From a virus (lineage: Duplodnaviria > Caudoviricetes): DNA of 64,000 bases. A program made the position numbers and the translations under genes. The stretch is from IMG/VR virus record IMGVR_UViG_2932588108_000002, positions 1 to 64,000 of that record; one strand, written 5' to 3'. Each line of letters starts with the position of its first letter. The first letter of the stretch is position 1. The notes under the pieces are model-generated. The model was not told the DNA's origin. It saw only the letters and a list, made by a program, of their open reading frames with translations, and ran no database searches. This document shows positions 1-9,068 of the stretch, in pieces.

Positions 1-300
1 TCAGGCGGCGAGGTCGTACTGCTTGCGCAGCATCGACAGACGGTCGAGGTACCGCGCGGTCGTGGCCTTGCCGACGTACCTGGCCATCGCCGTACCGGCC
101 GGCGGGCGAGCCGCGGGCCCCTCCTGCTCCTCCAGCTCCGCCGCGCGCCGGATGATCTCCCGCATCGACAGACCGTGTTTGAAGTCGGCCCCGACGATGG
201 CTTCCGTCCGGGCGTAGGCCGCGGCCGCCACCGGCTCACGCCGCGCGGCGTTCACCAAGTCGCCGATGCACCCGAGGACACAGAACATGCAGCTCAGGCT
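1..300 (-). pseudogene. C-terminal fragment of a PAPS reductase-like (adenine nucleotide alpha-hydrolase) gene
   Basis: Frame reads (S)LSCMFCVLGCIGDLVNAARREP...YARTEAIVGADFKHGLS; LSCxFC is the Cys motif near the C-terminus of phage/plasmid PAPS-reductase-like proteins. Coding character stops at about 300, where low-GC DNA begins. Confidence 0.7.
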
Positions 301-400
301 TTACCGGACCAAAGAGCACGATCAGGAACGCCAGTCCCTGATCGTGTGTCCGCCTATGCGCTAAGCCAAAAATGTTCAGCGTTCAATTTGCACAGTATGT

Positions 401-1585
401 TCAGGTAGTCCGCTGCGGCAGCCCCTTGGCTGACTTCTCCCACTGCTCTCGGAGGTCGCTGGCGAAGAAGTCATATGCGCATGGATGCTCCATCTTCTTG
501 AGAGTGAGAACTAGCCCCTCATGATGCGTGCTATATAGGAGAACGGGCTGGACGCGAAGCTGAGATTGACTGTCGGCCGGGCTCGCGCCGGTAGGCGCAA
601 TGTCGCCATCAATCATGACGCCTGTAAATCCAGGCATCCTTTCCATGTGCCCGACGTGAAGCCCTCGGGATGCCGCGAAATTGTTTTCGATGATTCGAAT
701 GGAATTCCATATGTCCTCCCCTACGGGGTGCCCCTGTTCTCGGGCTATGACGAGCGGAAGGTCCGGGGATGACGGATCCAAAAGCAAGAGATAGACATGC
801 ACACCCTGTCCGAGTAGCCGATGGATCATCTTCCTATTGCTGTCCAATGTGCGGTAAAGACTTGGGCCGGATATGGCCACCTGAAATTGAGCCCTTGCGT
901 AAAAGTCGCTAGGGGGGAGTAGGTGGGCGTCGTCGTTGCGGTCCTCGATGTCGACTAGACCCATCTTCTCAATGGTGACCGCCATCGTCTCGCCCCTAGC
1001 GTTGGGAGCATTGAGAGCGTCAGGCGTCCGCGCTTCATAGTCCGAAATCTGCTCGAGCGCCGCTCGAAAACCGCTGGGATCGGCGTAACGCTCACCACGC
1101 CTAGTGGCGCATCCTACGTGCTCTAGCCTTACGGCCAATTTGTTCAGTGCTTGTGAGATGCTCTCACTGTCTCCGTTTATGCGGACCTCATTGAGACCGG
1201 CGAAATCACTTATGGCTCTCAGGGAGCCAACATGGACGATTAGCGTCCGACCTCTCTCCGCTTTAAATGCCATACCTGCTTCGAGTAGGACGTTCTGTCG
1301 AGGTTGGCCAGTAGGCTCTGCTTCGTAGTTCGGATCCGATGGCTTTCGAAGGAAATCACGCAGATAAGCGTCGTCATCGGGAGTCATCAGGACAACTACT
1401 GCCTGCATGTCGTCAAAGAGTTTCTCCACGACTTCGTGGGTGAAGGCTGTTCCCGGTTGCTTGGCTGTCGCATGCTCCCACTCTTGGGGTTCCAGCCCCA
1501 AGGCGGAAAGAAAATTGAAGATGGCAGTAGTAGCCTGCTGGTTTCGCCCGTGGACAACAGCCACAGCCCTAGGATTCACAGTCAT
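401..1585 (-). CDS. TIR-like nucleotide-binding domain (Cap12/PycTIR-type) fused to a C-terminal PLD-fold-like domain
   Basis: N-terminus has VVHGRN, LGLEP.EW, AVVVLMTPDD and PRQNVLLEAG; C-terminal half has VAISGPSL...VYLLLLDPSS...FTGVMIDG...YDFF...W. GC is visibly lower than the flanks. Start taken at ATG 1585. Confidence 0.8.
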   Translation of the reverse strand: MTVNPRAVAVVHGRNQQATTAIFNFLSALGLEPQEWEHATAKQPGTAFTHEVVEKLFDDMQAVVVLMTPDDDAYLRDFLRKPSDPNYEAEPTGQPRQNVLLEAGMAFKAERGRTLIVHVGSLRAISDFAGLNEVRINGDSESISQALNKLAVRLEHVGCATRRGERYADPSGFRAALEQISDYEARTPDALNAPNARGETMAVTIEKMGLVDIEDRNDDAHLLPPSDFYARAQFQVAISGPSLYRTLDSNRKMIHRLLGQGVHVYLLLLDPSSPDLPLVIAREQGHPVGEDIWNSIRIIENNFAASRGLHVGHMERMPGFTGVMIDGDIAPTGASPADSQSQLRVQPVLLYSTHHEGLVLTLKKMEHPCAYDFFASDLREQWEKSAKGLPQRTT

Positions 1586-1699
1586 ATCAAGGCCCCACGA
1601 GGGTTCAGTGAGATCCAAGCTGTCTTCTCTCAGTGTGCGCCTACGTTCAGCGCGGTCGCATCTTGATGAAGAACACAAGAAAACCTGGGCGTATGGGGC

Positions 1700-1893
1700 C
1701 TTGCGCCCGAGCTCGAGACGACTACCCAGTCGGCGTCCCGGATCAGCTCGTCGGGGACGGTCGTCGACGGCTTCAAGGGCACGGAGGGGTGCACGGCCCG
1801 CTTCTTCCGCTTCGCCTTCGCGGGCGCGGTGCCTGCAGGGGTCTCCTGCGGGGTCTGGACGGCGGGGAGGTCGAACAGGGTGGCGGTCTGCAT
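1700..1893 (-). pseudogene. N-terminal fragment of the same PAPS reductase-like gene
   Basis: MQTATLFDLP...DELIRDADWVVVSSSG, then the expected PP-loop GGKDS is broken (TCGGGCGCAAGGCCCC) at the low-GC junction. Confidence 0.7.
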
Positions 1894-1982
1894 GGCGAGC
1901 GTCCTGGGGGCGTGAGGCGGGCGGAGAGGGGCCGTTGGGGGCCAGGGCGCGCGATGGCCACGCCCCGGCGGAGTACGGGCGG

Positions 1983-2282
1983 CTACCGGCGCTGCGGGCG
2001 GCCCATGCGCTCCTCGCAGGGAAGCATCGAGCGGTCGACCGGCGGGAACGGGACGGGACGCCCGTACGCCCCGAAGCGCAACGCGGTCTCCCCCCGCGTC
2101 ACGCGCGTCTTGAGCCACGGCGTGGAACGGCGCTCCCCGTACCGGTACGAGCGGGCGAGGCAGGCACGGGCGGCGCTGACGGTGGGGTTCGTCGAGCGGA
2201 CGCCGGCGGGGCGGGGACGGCGGTCGGCCCAGCGGGGGGAGCGGGCCTTGCGGGCACGGTGGGCGCGGATCGTGGCGTGCAT
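1983..2282 (-). CDS. Small basic hypothetical protein
   Basis: ORF with RBS-like AGAGGA upstream, collinear with its neighbours. Confidence 0.5.
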   Translation of the reverse strand: MHATIRAHRARKARSPRWADRRPRPAGVRSTNPTVSAARACLARSYRYGERRSTPWLKTRVTRGETALRFGAYGRPVPFPPVDRSMLPCEERMGRPQRR

Positions 2283-2366
2283 GGTGAAGTCCTCTAGGTG
2301 AGTGGAGCAGGCGGGAGGGGGCCGCGGGGCCGGGGCACGGGCGCGCCCCGGCCAGGGACGAGCGGG

Positions 2367-3023
2367 TCAGTCCCGTCGCCGGGCGTAGTTGTGGAAGTCG
2401 TCTCCACCGGCGAACTCGGCGGGTTCCGTGGCCAGGGCGCAGACCCACATGCCGATCGGGCCGGGCGAGTCCTGCTCGCCGCTGAGCCACTGATGGACGG
2501 TCAGCTCAACTTCATGCAGACCGGTCTTCGTCTCGGCGTAGAACTCGGAGTTGCCGCCGTAGCCGTACTCGTCGAAGTAGTCCCACACGCACACCAGGCG
2601 CGGGCCGCCAGCATCGCGAATGAGGCCGAACACGGCGTTGATGTCCTCGGCGGTGTAGCCGTCGGCGAACTGGCCGTGCAGTTCGGCAAGCTCGGCGGGG
2701 ACGGACACCTCGACGGCCCAGGTGGCGAGCTTGTTGCCCTGGACGGTCCACACGTCCTCTCGGTCGGTCACCCAACCCTTGCCGGGCTCCCACTTGTCGG
2801 TACGCAGGAAGGAGAGGGGGACATGCTTCGCCTCGCGGACCTCGTCCATGTTCAGGACGGTGCCGACCCAGCAGTACACAGTCAGGCCCTGGCGCTCCAC
2901 GGTCGTCAGGTTGTCCAGCCGGACGCGCATCCCGTGCTCGGAGACGATGTCCCCCTTCACGAGCTGGCTGGAGTCCTTGAGGGTGGTCTGCGGCGTGTTC
3001 GCGGTCTCGGTGCTGCTGTTCAT
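2367..3023 (-). CDS. Hypothetical protein
   Basis: Globular composition, high GC3, GAGGAG RBS before ATG 3023. Confidence 0.75.
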   Translation of the reverse strand: MNSSTETANTPQTTLKDSSQLVKGDIVSEHGMRVRLDNLTTVERQGLTVYCWVGTVLNMDEVREAKHVPLSFLRTDKWEPGKGWVTDREDVWTVQGNKLATWAVEVSVPAELAELHGQFADGYTAEDINAVFGLIRDAGGPRLVCVWDYFDEYGYGGNSEFYAETKTGLHEVELTVHQWLSGEQDSPGPIGMWVCALATEPAEFAGGDDFHNYARRRD

Positions 3024-3062
3024 GGGCGTGCTGCTCCTCGGAGTGGTGCGGTGATTTGGGGG

Positions 3063-3092
3063 AGGGTGCCGGGGCACGGCGCGTAGGGTCGC
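3063..3092 (-). promoter_or_regulatory. GCGAC-N18-CAnnnT class promoter (GCGACC / CACCCT)
   Basis: Minus strand reads GCGACC-CTACGCGCCGTGCCCCGG-CACCCT, the same spacing as eight other copies. Confidence 0.55.
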
Positions 3093-3119
3093 GCCCCGGC
3101 GAGAGAGGGACCGGACCGG

Positions 3120-3548
3120 TCAGATGACGTCGGTGACGTCGAAGAAGTGGGCCAGGCCGCCCATGAACCGCTTCGGGGAGAGGCACAGACCCGGGGTCGG
3201 GCGGGCGAACTCGTCCCGTACGGCGTCCTCGTACGCCTTCTCCGCGATCGCGCGCGCCCCGTGGTCGGTGGCCCAGTAGCGGGCGGTCGACCAGTAGTCG
3301 ACGCCGTAGCGGGTCTGCTGGGTGACGGGGTCGATGTACTCGACGCACCGGATGATCACGACCGCGTCGCCGTCCGCGTCGTTGATGACGGACTCGCGCA
3401 GGCCCTTGCCGCCCAGGATGTTGAAGCGGTAGGCGTCAGCCTGTTCGCGCGGGGTGTCAGTGGTGGCGTCGGAGTGCAGGACGGTGCGCATCGGCCCGTA
3501 CTGCACGGTGAGCTGCGGCATGGGCTTCACAGCCAGGGCAGCGTTCAT
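3120..3548 (-). CDS. Hypothetical protein
   Basis: Good codon bias; preceded by the conserved leader hairpin/RBS. Confidence 0.75.
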   Translation of the reverse strand: MNAALAVKPMPQLTVQYGPMRTVLHSDATTDTPREQADAYRFNILGGKGLRESVINDADGDAVVIIRCVEYIDPVTQQTRYGVDYWSTARYWATDHGARAIAEKAYEDAVRDEFARPTPGLCLSPKRFMGGLAHFFDVTDVI

Positions 3549-3551
3549 TGC

Positions 3552-3682
3552 GGTGTTCCTTCCTTCGGGCTGTTGGCGGTGCTCTCCGCCAACACCTCAG
3601 AGAGTACAGCAATAAGACTCCCGTGTGTAGTAGCCCCAGGGAAGATGGAGGGAACGAGGTTCGGGAGTCGCGTTGCTGAGCC
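3552..3682 (-). promoter_or_regulatory. Early-type promoter module: inverted pair of 18-bp boxes, -10 TACTCT, AGAGCA-loop hairpin and RBS tail
   Basis: Box at 3603-3620 (minus GAGTCTTATTGCTGTACT), inverted degenerate box at 3665-3680, hairpin 3571-3594, tail 3552-3570. Confidence 0.75.
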
Positions 3683-3688
3683 GAAGGG

Positions 3689-4712
3689 TCACGCGATGAG
3701 CATGACGCCGCCGATGGTCTTCGCCCGTCGGACGACGACACCGCCTGTACGGCGCGGTGGGGTCGGTTCCGGCAACTCCCGCAGCGGCGTGCCCACGGTC
3801 CCATCTCGGCCCGTCAGTTGCGTGAACCGCTCCTCGAACTTCGGTCGCTGCTTGTCGTGCACCCTGGCCGGCGCCGCCACCAGGTACGCGGATGCCGTTT
3901 GGGTAGCTGTCGCCTGCGGTCAGGTAGTGCGCCCGATAGATACCGGAGTGCTCGCCCTGCTCCAGCGTCATGCCGTGCTCGCCGGCCAGGGCCCGCACGT
4001 GCGCCTCCGCCTCCGCCCGGCTCCCCTCGAACACAGTGCGCACCGACCGCCACGCCTGCCCCTTCGCCGTCTTCCCCCAGCACCCCTCCGGGCCGGAGCA
4101 CCAGGGCGCGAAGTCCCCGGCCGGGTGATCGGCGCGGCACGTCTCGGTACGAGGCTCACGGCACCACCAGCGCGGCTTCCGGCACGTCCTGCCGTGCCAC
4201 TGGCGGCAGTCGTCCGTACGGGCCGCGAAGTACATCCTGCGCACCTCGTACACCGCGTACGGGGTCTGCTGGTGCCGTCCTCCGTGAGCCGCTTCCGCAA
4301 CGACTTCGTGCCGTACAGGGCGACGCGCTCGTTCAGAGACTGGGAGACGTACTCCATGCGCAACACGTCGGCCGCGATGTGCGGATGGGCCCTCAGCCGC
4401 TCCTCGTGCGTGTCCCTGGAGGCACAGACGCCACTGAAAGGGCACAGCAGTAGGACTTACGGATCTTCTCGCCGAGCCGCTCGAGGACGTACGCCTCCAC
4501 GGCGGCCCGCTTCATGCGCGCGTGGATCAGCGGGTAGTACGGCTCGCAGATCGTCCGGCCGGCCTCGGCGTTCAGCTCCCGCTGAATGGCGGTGTCCTTG
4601 TCCGCCCGGTCCATCTCCCCGGCGTGGTAGCCGATGACCCGCCGGAACGACGACATGCCGAACTCGGCGGCCGCTCGCGCGTCCAGGCACCAGCCTTTGA
4701 ACTTGACGGAGC
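3689..4712 (-). pseudogene. Middle and C-terminal part of a second adenine nucleotide alpha-hydrolase (PAPS reductase/QueC-like) gene, frameshifted
   Basis: KFKGWCLD...RRVIGYHAGE..RA...YYPLI...RKSYC, then CPFS in another frame; further frame changes near 4265 and 3880. Confidence 0.65.
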
Positions 4713-4829
4713 TCCTCTGCACCAAGTCAAGGAGAACCTCCGAGGTCTTGGTGCGCCGGGAGCAGCGGAGACCGCCGATGACGCGACGACGGCAGGGACG
4801 GAGGCTCCGTCCCTGCCGTCGCGCTGCCC

Positions 4830-5288
4830 TTATGGAACTGGCGGACCGGCCGGACCGTTGGTCGGCACTGAGCCAGCGGCAGGCGCAGGCTGGGATGCCG
4901 CACCATTCATGGCCTCCCGGAGGCCACGGAAGGCGCCGCTGACCCCCGAGCCGATCAGGCTTGCCTCCGACGCGGTGACAGGCCGACCGAGGAACTTGGC
5001 AACCACCACCACCATCGGTGGGATGAGTGCGACTGCGACCCAGGCGTGCCCACTCTGGGCCAGCCAAACGGTGGCCAGGAGCAACGCGATCAGTGCGAGA
5101 AAGCCCATCGCAGTTTCGAAGCGCTGTTGCTTCCGCTCATCTGCCCGCTGCGCCCGTTCGTGCTCGCGCTGCTCGCGAGCGTTCCATGCCTCGAGCAACG
5201 CGGCTTTGCCTGCTCCGTCCAAGTCCGTCCGCTGCAGCACGAGCTGATAGATGTCCCGAAGATCTTGATCCCTCTGGCCTCGGTTCAT
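4830..5288 (-). CDS. Two-TM membrane protein with coiled N-terminus
   Basis: Charged helix followed by AMGFLALIALLLATVWLAQSGHAWVAVALIPPMVVVVAKF. Confidence 0.7.
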   Translation of the reverse strand: MNRGQRDQDLRDIYQLVLQRTDLDGAGKAALLEAWNAREQREHERAQRADERKQQRFETAMGFLALIALLLATVWLAQSGHAWVAVALIPPMVVVVAKFLGRPVTASEASLIGSGVSGAFRGLREAMNGAASQPAPAAGSVPTNGPAGPPVP

Positions 5289-5491
5289 CGGCCCGACCCC
5301 CCAAGTCGGCCCAGGTCTCGTGGGACCTCCCCAGCTCGCAGACTGCGTGCCAGCTCGGCGACGATCCCTCGCTGCCGGCTCCGGGCAGCCTCTCGGCGCC
5401 CGATTCGGTGCGCGATATACCTGGATGCGACTGCGGCGACGACGCTGCCCGTCGTGGCAGCAATAGACAGGGCGTCCAGCACGGACGACAC
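5285..5491 (-). CDS. Small membrane-anchored hypothetical protein
   Basis: Hydrophobic N-terminus; its stop overlaps the start of the next gene (ATGA). Confidence 0.5.
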   Translation of the reverse strand: MSSVLDALSIAATTGSVVAAVASRYIAHRIGRREAARSRQRGIVAELARSLRAGEVPRDLGRLGGSGR

Positions 5492-5800
5492 GAACTCACC
5501 CCCGTTGTATGCGTATTGATGCGGAAGCGACTGCACCCTCACCAGTAGAGCACGACGCTCGGACATCCCTCCGGCCTCGCCGGTCGCCTTGCCTAGGATC
5601 CGGCGACGTTCACCCGCTCGGGTGACGAGTGCCGGGCAGGCCAAGCAGGACTGTGGTTCTGGCGGCGGTCCGGGCCGCGTCGGCTTGTTTGGTGCGGACG
5701 AAGGTCAAGGTCATGTCGATGCCCTCAATCTCGCCCAGCCACTGCTCCTCCTCGGCTCGCTTGCGACGGAGAACCAGGTCCCTCTCGATCTCGGCCAGCA

Positions 5801-5951
5801 CGGCGAGGAACATCAGCAGGAGCGCTGTACTGTCCGCGCCGAGCCCGTACGACAAGACCGTGATGCCGAACCGGCGGAACGTGGCAGGCGCGGCCGCGGG
5901 CGCCGCAGCGGGGGCGGGCAGGTCGAACAGGGCAGGGGCAGACACGGGCAT
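5801..5951 (-). pseudogene. N-terminal fragment of the second alpha-hydrolase gene
   Basis: ITVLSYGLGADSTALLL is a PP-loop motif (SxGxDS); fused in frame to the integrase tail. Confidence 0.7.
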
Positions 5952-6008
5952 TCCTCCGGGAGATCCGGCGACGGCCGGGCGGGGCAGGGAGCTGCGAGGG
6001 AGGGAGCG

Positions 6009-6365
6009 TCAGCGGGGCCCGAACACGCGGGCCATCAGGGGCTGGAGGGACCGACGACGGCCACAGCGCTCGTACACCCGGACCATCGCGGCGACGTCCG
6101 CCGGGTCCGGCGCCTGGCTCCACCGGACGCTGAGGACCACGTACTCACCCGAGTCCGGCCGGTCCAGACGGAGGTACGCCCCGCCCAGGTCGGACTTCCA
6201 CAGCATCCAGACGTGATCCGTCTCGGAGCTGCGCTCGAACTCCCCGGTGACCATCGGCGACGGCAGACCCGTCAGGCGGGCCACCTCGTCGGTGAACGAC
6301 TCAAACGTGTACCGGGGCGACGGCTGAGCGGGCAGGTGGGACTGGAGCCAGAACGGCAGCGGCAT
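6009..6365 (-). CDS. Hypothetical protein
   Basis: MPLPFWLQSH...; GGAGG RBS upstream. Confidence 0.65.
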   Translation of the reverse strand: MPLPFWLQSHLPAQPSPRYTFESFTDEVARLTGLPSPMVTGEFERSSETDHVWMLWKSDLGGAYLRLDRPDSGEYVVLSVRWSQAPDPADVAAMVRVYERCGRRRSLQPLMARVFGPR

Positions 6366-6547
6366 GGGGGCTGGAACCTTCCTCCGAGCGGCGAACAGAC
6401 CACCGGCGGGCCGGACGCCGAGAGAGCGGGAAAAGCGCTGGCAGACCGGGTTTTGGGACTTTTGGGACCGTCCACACACGCGCGCGTGCGCGTATGGGGT
6501 GCGCCGCGCCGCCCACGGTCGATGGGCGGCGCGGCCGGCCGGGGCGG

Positions 6548-7000
6548 TCAGAAGGTGCAGGTACCGGCGAGCGCGCGACGGTCCTTGGACGCGATGGAGG
6601 CGCAGCCCCGGACGCGGAGGTCGCCGGCCTGCGGGTAGTCGCGCCACCAGCGGGCGTCCGCGTCCCAACCGGACTCGCCGACGATGAACCCGTAGAAGGT
6701 GCCGCCGTCGAACTTGCGGTACAGCCACAGGCCGTGGGCGTGGTCAACCTCGGCGGCGACGGGCGAGGCGAGCACGGCGTCGAAGATCGTGCGGACCGTG
6801 GTAGCCACCCAGGAGTCGGCGGGGTGCGCGTCGGACTCGAAGAAGATGCCGCGGGCGTTCGGGTCGATGCCCTGGAGGGCGGCGACGGCGAGGGGGCGGG
6901 CGACGGCGTCGGGGATGACGGCGTAGGCGCGGCCCATGTTGTCGGTGGTCACGGTGACGTCGGTGACGGCGAGCGTGGGGGCGGCGGTGACAGTGGCCAT
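6548..7000 (-). CDS. Hypothetical protein
   Basis: Start directly follows the conserved leader element at 7001-7039. Confidence 0.75.
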   Translation of the reverse strand: MATVTAAPTLAVTDVTVTTDNMGRAYAVIPDAVARPLAVAALQGIDPNARGIFFESDAHPADSWVATTVRTIFDAVLASPVAAEVDHAHGLWLYRKFDGGTFYGFIVGESGWDADARWWRDYPQAGDLRVRGCASIASKDRRALAGTCTF

Positions 7001-7136
7001 GGTGTTCCTTCGTTCGGGCGTCCCGGTGCTCTCCGGGACTGGTGAGGGGGCGGTGCGCCCTGGGCCTGCACCGGGCGGGCCGGTGAGGGGCACCGCCCGC
7101 CGGGGGGACGGCGGGCCGGTGCGGTCGAGGGGGCGG

Positions 7137-7415
7137 CTACACGCCCTGCTGGCCGAGCCACTTGTCGAGCATGGCCTCGCTGGTGCTGCCCTGGTGTGCG
7201 GCGGCGTACGCGGCGGAGCGGTCTCCGGCGATCACGATGCACAGCTCCCCGGCCTCCACCACCGCGGCGAGGCCGTGCAGTTCCTCGAGCAGTGCGTCGT
7301 AGTCCTCATCCCGGGCGAGGGTGACGCGGTAGACCTTCGACTTCTCGGTGCCCGGGTAGGCGACGACGGCCAAGAAGAACAGGAGCTGCGGGGTCTTGTT
7401 GAGGGACACGGGCAT
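7137..7415 (-). CDS. Hypothetical protein
   Basis: Start follows the leader element at 7421-7460. Confidence 0.7.
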   Translation of the reverse strand: MPVSLNKTPQLLFFLAVVAYPGTEKSKVYRVTLARDEDYDALLEELHGLAAVVEAGELCIVIAGDRSAAYAAAHQGSTSEAMLDKWLGQQGV

Positions 7416-7420
7416 TGTGG

Positions 7421-7677
7421 CGTTCCTTCGGTCGGGCGGGCCCCGGTTGCTCTCCGGGGCTGCGGGGTGAACCCGCTAGGACGACAGTACAGCAATGCGA
7501 CTCTGGCGCAACTGGGAACCCGCAAGAAACCGTAAACGCGCTGGTGAAATAGTGCCCGGCACACCTGTGCAGTCTCATGGCTGTACTTCCTACGGGGGTC
7601 CTGCTACGTTCTGGAGCCCCGCCACCCGGCGGCCCGGGGAGAGCACCCCGGGGAAGCCCGAACGAAGGAACACGTCC
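7421..7677. promoter_or_regulatory. Divergent promoter pair, each side with an 18-bp box and an AGAGCA leader hairpin
   Basis: Boxes at 7486-7503 (minus) and 7570-7587 (plus); hairpins at 7440-7460 and 7633-7652. Gene orientation switches here. Confidence 0.75.
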
Positions 7678-8109
7678 ATGCGCCTGTCCCGCCTGCTCCG
7701 TCGCCCTCGTCCCGCCGCGATCCTGGCCGCTGGCCTGACGATCGCCACCCTCGGACTCCTCGGCTCGTGCACCGGCGCCGACCCACACGCCGCGCCCCGG
7801 CCGGCCCGCACCGTCACCATCACGCCGCCCGCCGAAGACGACACCGTGGCCACGTACAACGCCGGTTGGAAGGCAGGCGTGGCCGCCCTCGGCGACAGCA
7901 CCAAGCCCACGTACCCGAACATCATCGGCGACGCCAACGACCCGGGCACCGTCGCGTGGGCAGACGGCTGGATCGACGGGCAGGCCGATGCCCTCGGCGA
8001 CGACAACCGTGACGGCCGGATCGAAGAGGACGAGAGCGGGTGGAACTGCCACCGCATGGGCAACCGCGTGTGCGGCCCGCAGTTCGACGCAAGCACCCCC
8101 CAGCGCTGA
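7678..8109 (+). CDS. Putative lipoprotein with an EF-hand-like loop
   Basis: Arg-rich n-region, hydrophobic h-region, lipobox LGSC; DDNRDGRIEEDE near the C-terminus. Confidence 0.7.
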   Translation: MRLSRLLRRPRPAAILAAGLTIATLGLLGSCTGADPHAAPRPARTVTITPPAEDDTVATYNAGWKAGVAALGDSTKPTYPNIIGDANDPGTVAWADGWIDGQADALGDDNRDGRIEEDESGWNCHRMGNRVCGPQFDASTPQR

Positions 8110-8186
8110 CCTAGACACCCCACCGACCCGCCGGGGCGCACCGCCTGCGCCCCGGCACCGCCCGAGCACCGACAGGAGAGACCGCA

Positions 8187-8417
8187 GTGACCGCCAACCC
8201 CCAGGGCCGCGACTGGAGCCGCATGGCGCGCGCCGACTTCGACGACTCCGCCCCGCTCGCCCTGGTCGACGCCCGCGCCGTCAGCCGCGCCGTGCCCGCC
8301 GTCGCGCACTCCAACGGGACCGATGCTCTGTTCGGGGAGGACCCGACGCCCGCGCGCCCCGCCCGCACCCGCAGGCCGGCCACACCGTCCACCGAGGACA
8401 CCGGCACCCTCTTCTAG
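8187..8417 (+). CDS. Small hypothetical protein
   Basis: AGGAGA RBS, GTG start. Confidence 0.6.
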   Translation: MTANPQGRDWSRMARADFDDSAPLALVDARAVSRAVPAVAHSNGTDALFGEDPTPARPARTRRPATPSTEDTGTLF

Positions 8418-8429
8418 CCAGTGAGAGCA

Positions 8430-8599
8430 GTGCAGCCGTGAGACTAGCGGCGCGCGCCAACAGCTCCCGCGCGCGCCGTTCCACCTGGAAAAACTTCGAT
8501 CAGTTCCCGTGGACTTGCTCCCCTTGCGAGTCTCATTGCTGTATTGTGTGTGTTGTTGGCGGAGAGCACCGCCAACAGCCCGAACGAAGGAACACCGCA
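8430..8599 (+). promoter_or_regulatory. Early-type promoter module (inverted box pair, -10 TATTGT, leader hairpin, RBS)
   Basis: Inverted box 8430-8447, box 8528-8545, hairpin TGTTGGCGG-AGAGCA-CCGCCAACA 8554-8577. Confidence 0.8.
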
Positions 8600-8995
8600 A
8601 TGGCTTCTGTCACCGCCCGCCGCATCCTCCGCGACCGCGTCCACGCCCACCGCGCCGCCTCCGCCGCCCGCCGCGAAGTTGCCCGCGCCGCCCGCCGCGT
8701 CCGCAACTCCGCCCGCTCCCTGGCCACGCACGTCATCGCCACCGGCGCCGACCGCGCGACCGTCAAGGGCGTCGTCAACGCCCTCCAGGGCGTTGCCAAG
8801 ACCGCCCGGACCAACGGCCTAAAGGGCAAGCGGGCCCGCATCCGCCGCACCGCCCAGGGCTTCAAGCGCCACGCCGTCACCGCCTACCGGTACACCCGCG
8901 CCCAGGTCGCCCAGATCGCCGCGCAGTACAAGCCGCGCAAGGCCGAGTACAAGGCCGTCCGCGCCGCGCTGATCGCCGCCTCAGCGACCCCCTGA
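8600..8995 (+). CDS. Highly basic hypothetical protein, possibly nucleic-acid binding
   Basis: Arg/Lys/Ala-rich with strong codon bias; follows the leader element. Confidence 0.75.
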   Translation: MASVTARRILRDRVHAHRAASAARREVARAARRVRNSARSLATHVIATGADRATVKGVVNALQGVAKTARTNGLKGKRARIRRTAQGFKRHAVTAYRYTRAQVAQIAAQYKPRKAEYKAVRAALIAASATP

Positions 8996-9068
8996 CCGCC
9001 GGGGCGCGGCCCTTCCGCCCGCCGCGCCCCGGCCCCCACCTCACCAAGCACCGGAGACGGAGACACCC

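Larger units (their letters stand above)
4714..5800. mobile_element. Remnant of an integrase-type element carrying two small membrane-protein genes
   Basis: Interrupts the alpha-hydrolase gene. 5610-5800 encodes LAEIERDLVLRRKRAEEEQWLGEIEGIDMTLTFVRTKQ...VLLGLP, which I recognise as the C-terminal tail of a Streptomyces site-specific integrase. The left boundary CCTCTGCACCAAGTCAAGGAGAAC is a probable element end. Confidence 0.55.

Noticed and set aside
299-308. TTACCGG at the TIR-cassette junction as a copy of the 36-bp IR end
   Set aside because: Only 7 bp match, the orientation is wrong for bounding the cassette, and there is no partner at about 1690.
401-1585. Complete CBASS, Pycsar or Thoeris system
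   Set aside because: No cyclase, STING, cNMP-binding or ThsA partner is visible in the cassette.
5610-5951. 113-aa ORF as a genuine novel fusion protein
   Set aside because: Better explained as a deletion junction between an alpha-hydrolase N-terminus and an integrase C-terminus; neither part is a complete domain.
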